Part shown: positions 1-11,446 of the stretch, piece after piece
Numbering within the stretch: position 1 is the first letter of the stretch
Layout of the letters: each line of letters opens with the position of its first letter
Assembly: GCA_964016885.1 (NCBI GenBank)
Contig: OZ024759.1
Location: forward strand, 15,066,001-15,130,000
Source: Eledone cirrhosa
Lineage: Eukaryota
DNA: 64,000 nt
Reading direction: 5' to 3'
Translations under genes and position numbers: made by a program
The notes under the pieces: model-generated
Seen by the model: only the letters and a program-made list of their open reading frames with translations
Told to the model about the DNA's origin: nothing
Databases searched by the model: none

Positions 1-495
1 TATCTGGATTAGACACCTTCTTGATCAAATTCCACATGAGATAGTGCGACAACCTTTTGAGAATGAATAATGAAAGAATCCCAAAGCAATTATTATTTGG
101 TCAACTTAAAGGCTCTCGTAGAAAAGGTAAGCCGACGACTACCTCGCTACAAAGACAAACTTAGGGACAATTTGAAACGTTTGAATATGAATACTAACAG
201 CTGGGAAAATGTTGCCAATAATAAGACAGCCATATGTAGCTTGTTATATTAAGAAGAACGTATAAGTCATCATGAGCAGTTATATGTAAATCGAAAACAA
301 AATTATCAAGATAACGCCGTTTCTACAAACTATCAATGTCTTCATTGCAACCTTTCAGTTAGGTCAAATGCTGGGCTAAAGAATCACCTCAGGACTCTGA
401 TGGTTCCTGAAATCTTTGAAAACTTGACATGCAGTCTCTGTAACTATCCCAGTAAAGATACTACAGGTCTGAAATTACACATGTGTGCTCACTAA
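1..495 (+). mobile_element. Degenerate 3' end of RTE-clade LINE ORF with two C-terminal C2H2-like zinc fingers
   Basis: Disrupted frames read PKQLLFGQLKGSRRKGKP / RYKDKLRDNLKRLNMNTNSWENVANNK (RTE C-terminal pattern). 331-495 reads YQCLHCNLSVRSNAGLKNHLRTL...LTCSLCNYPSKDTTGLKLHMCAH*. Confidence 0.7.
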
Positions 496-608
496 ATGAT
501 ATCATGTTGGGAGATTTTCTTTACTGAAATCCACTAACCAGTTCTTGGCTGTGAACGGCTCTTGGTGTATCTTCTGTTGTACACTCAAACAACGTTTTCG
601 ACTCCATC

Positions 609-1202
609 ATATATATATAAATATATATATATAATATATATAATATATATATATATATTATATATATATATTGTATATATATATTGTATATATATATTGT
701 ATATATATATTGTATATATATATTGTATATATATATTGTATATATATATTGTATATATATATTGTATATATATATTGTATATATATATTATATATATATA
801 TTATATATATATATTGTATATATATATTATATATATATATTGTATATATATATTATATATATATATTGTATATATATATTATATATATATATTATATATA
901 TATATTATATATATATATTATATATATATATTATATATATATATTATATATATATATTATATATATATATTGTATATATATATTATATATATATATTGTA
1001 TATATATATTATATATATATATTATATATATATATTATATATATATATTATATATATATATATTATATATATATTATATATATATAATATATATATATTG
1101 TATATATATATATATTATATATATATATATTATATATATATATATTATATATATATATTATATATATATATATATTATATATATATGTTATATATATATA
1201 TT

Positions 1203-1266
<64 letters not shown>

Positions 1267-1294
1267 ATATATATATATATTATATATATATTAT

Positions 1295-1351
<57 letters not shown>

Positions 1352-1384
1352 ATATTATATATATATTATATATATATATATATA
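609..1384. repeat. Degenerate (TA)n microsatellite with ~13-bp TATATATATAT(T/G) periodicity
   Basis: Directly visible; explains the I/Y ORFs at 562-1389. Confidence 0.95.
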
Positions 1385-1397
1385 GATAGAGAGAGAC

Positions 1398-1578
1398 TAT
1401 TGGATTTGCAATCGTGAGGTTGTGAGTTCGATTCCCGGAGCTGGTGATGCATTATGTCCTTGGGCAAAACACTTTATTTCACGTGGCTCCTTCTACCTGG
1501 AGATGCGACCGATAGATAGTATTAGCAATTGGAAACACCAACGGAAACATTGTTTCCTCGGTCCGATTTGACGACTGT

Positions 1579-1580
<2 letters not shown>
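1398..1580 (+). mobile_element. tRNA-derived SINE, CORE-like family (5'-clipped)
   Basis: B-box-like GAGTTCGATTCC followed by TGTCCTTGGGCAAAACACTTTA; homologous to the reverse complement of 4520-4737. Confidence 0.7.
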
Positions 1581-1656
<76 letters not shown>

Positions 1657-2095
1657 ATATAAAATATATAGAAATAGACATACAAAGTGTTTATTCGTAG
1701 ATTATATGCATTGCACCAAAGTGGTTTTTCAACCCATGTAAATCTAAACACACTTCTTTGTGTGTTTATTTCTATATATTATAAAGAGCCCAGCTTATAC
1801 TTTGCGCTCATACATTATAGGGTTTAACGCGAGTTTTTAACTCCGGTTTTCATTTGTATATATATATATATGTATGTATGTATATGTGTCTGTGTAATGT
1901 TATGATCATTTCCTGTTCGTTAATCCGTTATTAGTTTTCAGGTATAGATCAATAAATCCCTGTGTAAGCAGAATTGAACACTAAACGTATATATATATGT
2001 ATATATATATATACACACACACACACATACATATATATGAACACACGCACACACATAATATATATATATATATATATAGTTTTAATATAGATGAT

Positions 2096-2142
2096 ATTCT
2101 ACAGGACTAGAACTGTTTCATTCTTTAGAAATCATCAGGAAT
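2096..2142 (-). ncRNA. Type-I hammerhead ribozyme motif
   Basis: Minus strand: attc-CTGATGA-tttctaaagaat-GAAA-cag-ttctagtc-ctg-TA-gaat. Core intact; stem I attc/gaat; stem III acag/ctgt. Confidence 0.7.
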
Positions 2143-2204
2143 CTGACTGTCCAAGTCGTTACCTCCGACTCAACCCAGAATAACTTACCTATATATATAT
2201 ATAT

Positions 2205-2403
2205 ATAGGAACAAGTATGACTCCGACGGGAGAGCTCAAGCCGTTTCGACGGCTAATTCTGGAAAGTCCGAAATTAGCCGTCGAAATGGCTTGAGCTCTG
2301 CCGTCGGGGTCATACTTGTTCCTATTACCCACTCTACTACCCTAAGTATTGAGTACTTTGGTGCGTTATGGTCCACCTGGTCCCTTACCACATTTCCTTC
2401 GTT
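2205..2403 (+). mobile_element. Fold-back non-coding element (family B): hairpin 2205-2325 plus unpaired tail; carries the 3' half of an HHR
   Basis: Near-perfect ~55-bp inverted arms; GAAA-tggc-ttgagctct-gccg-TC at 2283-2305; second copy at 59341-59480. Confidence 0.7.
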
Positions 2404-2404
2404 A

Positions 2405-2487
2405 GAGAAGCGAAAACCAACCAAACAGTGAGTGTGTTCTGTTATTAATTCTGGCAATATTACACAAATATGACCCTCCCCAAGTAT

Positions 2488-2495
<8 letters not shown>
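2405..2495 (+). mobile_element. Truncated 3' end of family A HHR element
   Basis: Nearly identical to 7605-7696, ending ATGACCCTCCCCAAGTATAACAA. Confidence 0.8.
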
Positions 2496-2525
<30 letters not shown>

Positions 2526-2676
2526 ATACTTTGGGAGGGTCATGTTGCCAATAAGAAACACACGCACCAGTTGCTTTCACTTCAATTTAATTTATTATAT
2601 ATTTATAAATTTACAAATTTATAAATTTCTGGTTGGTTGGTTGGTTCCACAACCAGATAGTTGTTTATATATATAT

Positions 2677-2721
2677 AGTCATAGTTCTTTCGTCACACAC
2701 TCTGTGACCTCTTCAGTGACT
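2677..2721 (-). ncRNA. Minimal type-I hammerhead ribozyme (mirror copy)
   Basis: Exact reverse complement of 2832-2876. Confidence 0.85.
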
Positions 2722-2831
2722 GGGGATTTCTTTCTTCGTTTCTGTGCCTTTCCTTTCTTCTATCCTACGCCATTTTGTTTGTGTGTAGGATAGAAGAAAG
2801 GAAAGGCACAGAAACGAAGAAAGAAATCCCC

Positions 2832-2876
2832 AGTCACTGAAGAGGTCACAGAGTGTGTGACGAAAGAACTATGACT
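2832..2876 (+). ncRNA. Minimal type-I hammerhead ribozyme
   Basis: agtca-CTGAAGA-g-gtcaca-gagtg-tgtgac-GAAA-gaac-TA-tgact. Perfect stems I and II, minimal stem III. Confidence 0.85.
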
Positions 2877-3559
2877 ATATATATATAAACAACTATCTGG
2901 TTGTGGAACCAACCAACCAACCAGAAATTTATAAATTTGTAAATTTATAAATATATATTAAATTAAATTGAAGTGAAAGCAACTGGTGCGTGTGTTTCTT
3001 ATTGGCAACATGACCCTCCCGAAGTATAACAATATCGGTTTCAACACACGATTTCAGATAAAGAATCTTGCTAAACAAATTCAGAAACGAAATATATATA
3101 TATATTTATATATATTTGTATATAAACAAACAAACATGACCAATGCTTATGGCTTATAAGTGTTTGCTTCGAAATTTATTAATTTCATTGTCCATTCAGA
3201 AATGAAATTAACAAATCTATACAAAACAGAACAACAACAGTTACAGAACTTAGAGAAGTTAAAGTGAAACAAAGTGTAACAAAGCTTACCTGTTATAAAA
3301 TATGAGAAGACAACACGATAACATTTGAAGAAGTGACAAGATGTGTTCGTTATAATGTATAATGATGAATTCATTGTAAATATTGATAATTCAATCAATG
3401 ACAACAACGATTTTTATAAGGATTCACAATGCCAACGTCGTTACATATTAAACTTAATAAATCAATTATTCTAGAAAATATTCAAATATAATCCATCAGC
3501 ACTGCTTCTCAACACCGTGGTGTGTGTAGAGACGGGGGGGGGGGGGGGCAATTATATTT

Positions 3560-3935
3560 GTCCGTTGGTTTCGACAATGAGTATTCCAGTTATTTGATCC
3601 TGCTCGTGAAATCAATGTGGAAGTGGTTAAACTTTTCACAGAAACGTCTAATCTTAACGGTTTTGTTTTGTTCGTTTTTTTTTTTGAGGCGTGGGTAATT
3701 TTTTGTTAGGGTAATTTAGATTAACGCACCGCGTGAGAAACCCAGTCTGTTGAATTACTGGTACAGTTCATCTGATGGGCTTTCACAGATTCACTCACAA
3801 AGCTTCGGCTGACCTCTGATCCCCCTGGCTCTGGTAAATGGCCTTACCTTGCACTTAATGCCACGCGGTGGTCTCAAACTCGGGACATAGTGGTTGCGAA
3901 CCTAACAATTTAACCATTCGGCCATGCTGCGTCCA
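3560..3935 (-). mobile_element. Diverged tRNA-derived SINE
   Basis: Minus strand begins with A-box/B-box-like GCATGGCCGAATGGTTAAA...CCCGAGTTTGAGACC; body resembles 5100-5436. Confidence 0.45.
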
Positions 3936-4012
3936 GGTATATATTTATGAAGTAGTAAAAACACAGACATAACTAATTTCATGTTCCACTCCGTAATGTC
4001 TCAAACAAGGTA

Positions 4013-4050
<38 letters not shown>

Positions 4051-4121
4051 TAAAAGGAAAATAAATGCTGACAAATGTTTCCCAGTGAAAAATAGTTTAA
4101 TTAGGAATAAGTATAAATTAG

Positions 4122-4290
4122 TAATTGTTTCTACTTTAAGCACAAGGCCAGCAATTATCCAGAGCATTACTGGTACTTTATTTTATCGACCCCGTAAGGA
4201 TGAAAGGCAAAGTCAACCTCGGCGGGATTTGAACTCAGATCGCAAAGGGACGTAACTATGCTGGAAAGCATGGCGTCCGACCCTCGTATA
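4122..4290 (-). mobile_element. tRNA-derived SINE with Deu/Nin-like domain (octopus OK-like family)
   Basis: Reverse complement of the 10056-10235 unit (GAGTTCAAATCCCGCCGAGGTTGACTTTGCCTTTCATCCTTACGGGGTCGATAAAATAAAGTACCAG). Confidence 0.85.
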
Positions 4291-4519
4291 AGTATAAATT
4301 AGTAATAAGTATTGGTTAGTATTCAATTTTAGTTTTAAGTTTTCACCGGTTGCGAATTTCTAATGCTTTTCAAAAATAATTTTGAGATAGAGCGCTCGTG
4401 ATGTTTGCTCTAATCTGATTAGAGCAAACATTTGTCAGCATTTTCTTTTCCTTTTACTAATATATCACAACTCGTGTGTTACACCTCTATTTTTCTTAAT
4501 ATATACATATATATATACA

Positions 4520-4737
4520 TCGACGACAGTCGATCGACTTTCGTCAAATCGGACCGAGGAAACAATGTTTCCATTGGTCTTGCCAATTGATAATACTCTC
4601 TATCGGTCGCAACTTTAGGTAGAAGGAGCAGCGTGAAATAAAGTTCCTTTCCCAAGGACATAACGTGTCGCCCGGGCATCGAACTCACAACCTCACGATT
4701 GCGAATCCAATTCTCTAACCACTCAGCCACGCGCCTT
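4520..4737 (-). mobile_element. tRNA-derived SINE, CORE-like family
   Basis: Minus strand GGCGCGTGGCTGAGTGGTTAGAG (A box)...GAGTTCGATGCC (B box)...TGTCCTTGGGAAAGGAACTTTA. Confidence 0.8.
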
Positions 4738-4756
4738 CACACACACACACACAGAT

Positions 4757-4905
4757 ATATTCGTTTTGCAAGGATTTTTTATATGAAATCGTGCGTCGAA
4801 ACAAATACTGTTATACTTGGGGAGGGTCATATTGTTATATTATTATTTCTGTTATTATTTCTGATAATATTATAACAATATGACCCTCCTCAAGTATAAC
4901 AATAT
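4757..4905 (-). mobile_element. Miniature family A fold-back (tail plus two short inverted ends, no HHR)
   Basis: TGTTATACTTGGGGAGGGTCATATTGTTATA ... TATAACAATATGACCCTCCTCAAGTATAACA with the family A tail on the left. Confidence 0.8.
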
Positions 4906-5099
4906 ATATATACACTCCATAATGTCATAAACAAGTGGTTCAACACATCGTCAGACCAATCAATATTATTACCAAACATTGTACAGTACTTTTACTCTCA
5001 TATGTACTTAGAGACTCTACTAGCAAACAAGGAAATAGTCAATGTATGTAATAGTCAACCTAAGATGCTACATTAAATCTAAAATATTATTTGACAGAT

Positions 5100-5436
5100 C
5101 AAACAGCCAGCTCGTGTAATTAACGTCCATGTGGAGATTAACTGTGACACAGTGTGTGACATGGCTGGCTAAAGTGGCTGAGCATTCCACAGACACAGCT
5201 ACCCGTGACGTAATTCTCAGGGATATTAAATGTGGCACAGTGTGTAATATGGCTGGCTCAAGTGGCTGGCTCAAGTGGCTGAACTCTCCACCGTCATGTT
5301 TAGCGATAACGTAGTCCTCAGGGACATTATGTGTGGCACAGTGTGTGACATGGCTGACCCAAGTAACGGACCATTCCACAGGCACGTGTAGTGATAACGT
5401 AGTCGTCATGGACATTAAGTGTGTCATAGTGTGTAG
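5100..5436. repeat. Degenerate tandem repeats of a SINE-body segment
   Basis: Recurring GTGGCACAGTGTGTGACATGGCTG and TAACGTAGTCCTCAGGGACATTA blocks. Confidence 0.6.
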
Positions 5437-5591
5437 CATTGCTTATTGAACCTGGAAAAATGAAAGGTGGCCTTCAAGGGATTTGATCGCCGAACGTAAT
5501 AATGTGCCGCAAAACATTTTCTCCAATAATTTACCAATACTGCCAATCCAACTTCCTTCCGTTTAGTTATTATATCAGTATAAAAAAAGTT

Positions 5592-5740
5592 TGGTGGGTT
5601 GGCAGAATCGTTAGAGCATCGGACAACATGCTTTGCGGCATGTAGTTGCGGTCGTTTACTTTCTAAGTTCAAATCTGGCCGAAGTTAACTTTGCCTTTCA
5701 TCCTTACGGGATCAATGAAATAAATACCAGTAACGTACCA
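5592..5740 (+). mobile_element. tRNA-derived Deu/Nin-like SINE
   Basis: TGGCAGAATCGTTAGAGC...AAGTTCAAATC...CTTTGCCTTTCATCCTTACGGG. Confidence 0.8.
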
Positions 5741-5764
5741 TCTATCTATTGCCCGTTATGACCC

Positions 5765-6160
5765 CTGTCATGTAGGGCAACAACAAAGGTCCTCCATTCC
5801 TGAATGTCCTGAGCTAGCTTCTGGATAATACGCCCATGTGTGTTGCCAGGCCTTCATCTTTTTCTCAACGGTTCTGCTCCACATGGTTTTTTGGCCTTCC
5901 TCATTTTCCCTTGACTTCTGGTGTCCAGTGAAGGGATGTACTTGATATGCTATTTTGCTCTCTTCTGAGAACATACCCTATGGCACCTCAAGTATGTTGT
6001 CAGGTTTTCATCTCTCCCTAAACTGGTCCGCACCAGACTTTCTTCAGCCTTCCTTGTTTGTTTCAGCACTGGTGTCCAGTGAAGAGCTGTACTTCGGATA
6101 CTATCTTACTCTCTTCTGATAACATGCCCTATCCACTAGCTTCAAGTTAATCGTTTCCAC
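5765..6160 (-). mobile_element. RTE LINE 3'-end fragments (partly duplicated)
   Basis: Minus-strand disrupted frames give VLRRE...SLHWTPE..GRPK..WSRTVEKKMK..HTW..IQKLAQD.QEWRTFVVALH. The CTGGTGTCCAGTGAAG block occurs twice. Confidence 0.7.
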
Positions 6161-6489
6161 TTCCCTTCAAATTGCTGACCTTGGTCCAAAAGTAGAAACA
6201 AATATTATAATATAAAAAACACAGAAATTAATGATTTTTTCATGTGAATACCCAAAGACAAGACTGCAAGAGTTTTAACAGGATGTAAACGACCTGTCTG
6301 ATTTACAGGATTGCTGAGTATCATGCAAAATATAATGCAGGCATGTTGCCAGAATTTGTCGGCCATCGTGAAAGTTTCACAGCCGTTCGAGAAGAACGTT
6401 GCTAAACATTGCATAATAATTGAACATGACTATCTATTAACATAAAGACTTACACTACTGCTGACAGAAACATATACCTAGATTATATA

Positions 6490-6687
6490 TACAAATGTAT
6501 TCATGCATACATCGCCAACATAGCAATTATATATATATATATATATATACATACAAATACTTATGTATACATATATATATACATACATACATACACATAC
6601 ATATGTGTATATATATACATACATTTGTATATATATATGTATACTTATGTATACATATACATATGTATACATACATATATACATACA

Positions 6688-6719
<32 letters not shown>

Positions 6720-7293
6720 CATACATACACATACATATGTATACATGAGTATATATATATATATATACACAGATATACATACATATGTATACATATATAC
6801 ACATACATATGTATACATATGTGTATATATATACATATATATATACATATATACATACATACACATACATATGTATACACATATTCATACACATACATAC
6901 GTATACATATGTGTATATACATACGTGTATATACATATGTGTATATACATACATTTGTATATATATATGTATACTTATGTATACATAAACATATGTATAC
7001 ATACATATATACATACATACATACATACATACACATACATACACATACATATGTATACATATATACACATACATATGTATACATATGTGTATATATATAC
7101 ATATATATATACATATATACATACATACACATACATATGTATACACATATGCATACACATACATACGTATACATATGTGTATACATATACATATACATAT
7201 ATATATATACATGCATACATACGTATACATATGTTATATATATATATAAACATACATATATATACATACACATACATATGTAGACATACATAG

Positions 7294-7320
<27 letters not shown>
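6490..7320. repeat. (TACA/TATA)n compound microsatellite with a higher-order duplication
   Basis: Directly visible. Confidence 0.9.
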
Positions 7321-7324
<4 letters not shown>

Positions 7325-7740
7325 GTTATACTTGGGGAGGGTCATATTTGTGCAATAATATTGCCAGAATTAATAACAGAACACACTCATAAATAAACAG
7401 ACTAAATAAAGATGGCGTAGGCATACGATACAAGAAGAGGAAACATAATAGCACCACTGACGATGTTGCAGATGTGCAACGAAAGGAATTTGTTAGACTA
7501 TATATATGTGTTTGTGTCTATATCGTATCTGTATTTTTAAACGTTGGTCAGTCAATGGTAACATTGAGGACCGAATAAATTAAATTAACCGATATAAAGG
7601 ACACAGAAGCGAAAACCAACCAAACAGTGAGTGTGTTCTGTTATTAATTCTGGCAATATTATTACACAAATATGACCCTCCCCAAGTATAACAATATTTG
7701 TTTCGACACACGATTTCATATCAAAAGCCTCGCAAAACTA

Positions 7741-7745
<5 letters not shown>
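7321..7745 (+). mobile_element. Family A element: 65-bp inverted end, ~290-bp unit with HHR, and tail
   Basis: 7323-7389 is the reverse complement of ~7629-7694; homologous to the reverse complement of 16552-16830. Confidence 0.85.
7447..7501 (+). ncRNA. Type-I hammerhead ribozyme motif (stem I degenerate)
   Basis: CTGACGA-t-gttgca-gatg-tgcaac-GAAA-ggaa-TT; core and stem II intact. Confidence 0.65.
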
Positions 7746-7771
<26 letters not shown>

Positions 7772-7882
7772 GATATATATTTATATATATATATAAGCAT
7801 AGAGATATAATATAGTTTTATAAATATAGTTTCCATATATATATATCATGTGAGTGTGTGTGTGTGTGTATATATATATGTT

Positions 7883-7914
<32 letters not shown>

Positions 7915-8112
7915 GAACAAGACTACCATTTCTGGATTGAGAAGTACACCACGTAATTCGATTTGTTTAGAAGAATCCTTCATCATAACCACCACCCACC
8001 ACCCACCACCCTTCAGAAGTCTCTTATTACAAAAATATTAAATACAATTATTTCCCATTTCAATCATTCCAATGGCAGCGCAGAAAGGACCAAAAAATGT
8101 AATACTTATTGG

Positions 8113-8174
<62 letters not shown>

Positions 8175-8367
8175 GTATATATATATGTATATATGTTAGA
8201 TATATTATGTTACATGTTCATATGTATAATACGTTATCATATACATATTACACATTGGACTTATATAAGTGCTCTCATATATATATAGATAGATAGATAT
8301 ATATATGTGTGTATATATATATGTGTGTGTATATATATATATATGTGTGTATATATATATATATGTG

Positions 8368-8414
<47 letters not shown>

Positions 8415-8415
8415 G

Positions 8416-8490
<75 letters not shown>

Positions 8491-8629
8491 GTGTATATAT
8501 ATATGTGTGTGTATATATATAAGTATATATATATATATATGTATATATATATGTGTGTATATATATATGTGTATATAAATATATGTATGTATATATATAT
8601 GTGTGTGTGTGTATATATATATATATGTG

Positions 8630-8661
<32 letters not shown>

Positions 8662-8662
8662 A

Positions 8663-8693
<31 letters not shown>

Positions 8694-8697
<4 letters not shown>

Positions 8698-8742
8698 CCA
8701 TATACTGTACCGATTGTGTTGTTATTTCTGTTTGCCTTTTAC

Positions 8743-8784
<42 letters not shown>

Positions 8785-9122
8785 ATATATACATATATAT
8801 ATATACATATATATATACATATATGCATATATATATATACATACATATATATATATACATATATATATACTTATATATATATACATCGAGAGGGAGAGAG
8901 AGGAAAAAAGGATAGAGAGATGTGTGTGTGGATAGTTTCACGTATATTTTTTCTTACTTTTTGCTGGAACAAATTGCCGTGTCAAGCTTATGAAATTATG
9001 AAACCGACATTTCTATATTTAGTTTTATATACACTTTTATTTCGGATATATATTCCTCCGCACACATTCTTACATACTTACCCACAAACGTTATCTCTAT
9101 ATACATATGTACACACACATTA

Positions 9123-9169
<47 letters not shown>

Positions 9170-9266
9170 TCCCTTGAAAATGTAACCAATGTTCATTTTA
9201 AATTCCGTAAGAAATGAAATGAAGCATGGAATATATATCATCAGCGGTATGAATTTCAAATACACT

Positions 9267-9357
<91 letters not shown>

Positions 9358-9400
9358 TATAAACAGAAATAACAACACAATCGGTACAGTATATGGAAGG
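8694..9400. repeat. 40-bp perfect inverted repeat pair bracketing microsatellite-rich DNA (MITE-like)
   Basis: CCTTCCATATACTGTACCGATTGTGTTGTTATTTCTGTTT (8694-8733) vs its reverse complement at 9361-9400. Confidence 0.6.
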
Positions 9401-9500
9401 GATATATTAGGTTAATGTGTATATACATATATATATATATATATGTATATATATACGTATAGTATATAATATTTTTATATCATTATATACACACACACAC

Positions 9501-9544
<44 letters not shown>

Positions 9545-9634
9545 GTATATTATATATGTTTATATATGTTTATATCAGTATGTGTCTATATGTCTATATA
9601 TACGCATATTATATAATGTTTATATCTTTATATG

Positions 9635-9665
<31 letters not shown>

Positions 9666-9839
9666 GTGTGTGTGTGCATATATAAGTACTGTATATAATA
9701 TATGTATATCATGATACATGCATAAATGTCTGTAGGTATTTAGGTATTATACATATATACTACTTATATAACATAAACAGTCATGTATATGTGTGAAATA
9801 TATATATATATAGTTCTGTGATTATATATATATATATAA

Positions 9840-10990
9840 ATAATCGAAGAAGTTGAGGAAAGAGAAGCAAGCTTTTAAAATACATTTATAAAAAGCTCTC
9901 ACACATGTTACGCCTAATGGTATCTTCAGAGGCTTTTAAAGAAATAAAGAAGGGATATATTAGACTCTGTAACACTAAGCTCTGTAACACCGAGGTATGA
10001 ATTTCGATGTTAAAATTTTATTCATACCCGTACAGGGTTCATTATTAAATTCTTAGTGGATTGGCAGTATCGGTAGAGGGTCGGACGCCATGCTTTCCAG
10101 CATAGTTACGTCCCTTTACGGTCTGAGTTCAAATCCCGCCGAGGTTGACTTTGCCTTTCATCCTTACGGGGTCGATAAAATAAAGTACCAGTAATGCACT
10201 GGGTAATTGCTGGCCTTGTGCCTAAAGTAGAAACAATTATTAAATTCTTGGTGGATTGGCAGTATCGGTAGAGGGTCGGACGCCATGCTTTCCAGCATAG
10301 TTACGTCCCTTTACGGTCTGAGTTCAAATCCCGCCGAGGTTGACTTTGCCTTTCATCCTTACGGGGTCGATAAAATAAAGTACCAGTAATGCACTGGGTA
10401 ATTGCTGGCCTTGTGCCTAAAGTAGAAACAATTATTAAATTCTTGGTGGATTGGCAGTATCGGTAGAGGGTCGGACGCCATGCTTTCCAGCATAGTTACG
10501 TCCCTTTACGGTCTGAGTTCAAATCCCGCCGAGGTTGACTTTGCCTTTCATCCTTACGGGGTCGATAAAATAAAGTACCAGTAATGCACTGGGTAATTGC
10601 TGGCCTTGTGCCTAAAGTAGAAACAATTATTAAATTCTTTATTGAGGCGGTGGATTGGCAGTATCGGTAGAGGGTCGGACGCCATGCTTTGAAGCATAGA
10701 GTTACCTCCCTGTATGATCTGAGTTCAAATCCCGCCGAGGTTAACTTTGCCTTTCATCCTTACGGGGTCGATAAAATAAAGTACCAGTAATGCACTGGGT
10801 ATTTGCTGGCCTTGTGCGAAAAGTAGAAACAATTATTAAATTCTTAATTTCTTTAAAAGCCTCTGAAGAGCCCCGTTGGGGTTAACATCTGTAAGAGCTT
10901 TTTATAAATGCATTTTAACGGCGTGCTTCTCTTTCATCAACTTCTTCGATTATAATTGCTCTGCTTAAATTCGCACACTAAATATTAACG
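9840..10990. mobile_element. Old fold-back element with degenerate HHRs, interrupted by a SINE array
   Basis: 9840-9945 and 10847-10953 are diverged inverted copies. ct-CTGAAGA-gcccc-gtt-ggggt-TAAC-atct-GTA-ag at 10861-10896 (GAAA mutated). Confidence 0.6.
10041..10845 (+). mobile_element. Tandem array of four Deu/Nin-like tRNA SINEs
   Basis: Units start at 10056, 10251, 10446 (195-bp period, identical) and 10650 (diverged), each bounded by ATTATTAAATTCTT. Confidence 0.92.
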
Positions 10991-11095
10991 CACGAATGCA
11001 CCCGCTTTTGGCAAATAATTATCTGTATCGTCTCCCTCTCTTCTCTCACGATACTGTAACGTTTTATTATATATATACATATATATGGCTGTGTG

Positions 11096-11147
<52 letters not shown>

Positions 11148-11314
11148 TGTGTGTGTGTCCCTGAATGTACATATGATTATCGTAACTCTCATAAAACCTC
11201 GGTTGTACTTATCTTTCGAGCTGCACGCGGTTTCATAAAAAAGAATGGAAGAAAAGCAGCAATGCGAACAATTCTGCTGCCTTGTCAGGCATACACACAT
11301 ATACACATACGTTT

Positions 11315-11346
<32 letters not shown>

Positions 11347-11446
11347 CACATATTTATATATATATATGTATCACATATTTATATACATATATATATATAT
11401 ATACCACACACATATTTATATACATATATACATACATATATATACA

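Larger units (their letters stand above)
2519..3095. mobile_element. Family A fold-back element: ~250-bp near-perfect palindrome (2519-2768 / 2785-3035) plus tail, HHR in each arm
   Basis: Arms are reverse complements around a 16-nt loop. Tail 3036-3095 is homologous to 7697-7745 and to the reverse complement of 4757-4808. Confidence 0.9.

Noticed and set aside
4680-4737. tRNA gene
   Set aside because: A/B boxes are present but they continue into a repeated SINE body with no complete cloverleaf.
7321-7696. Classical TIR MITE or solo LTR (TGT...ACA ends)
   Set aside because: Arm length varies from ~35 to 250 bp among copies, a conserved tail extends beyond one end, and an HHR lies inside; this fits a PLE-type origin better.
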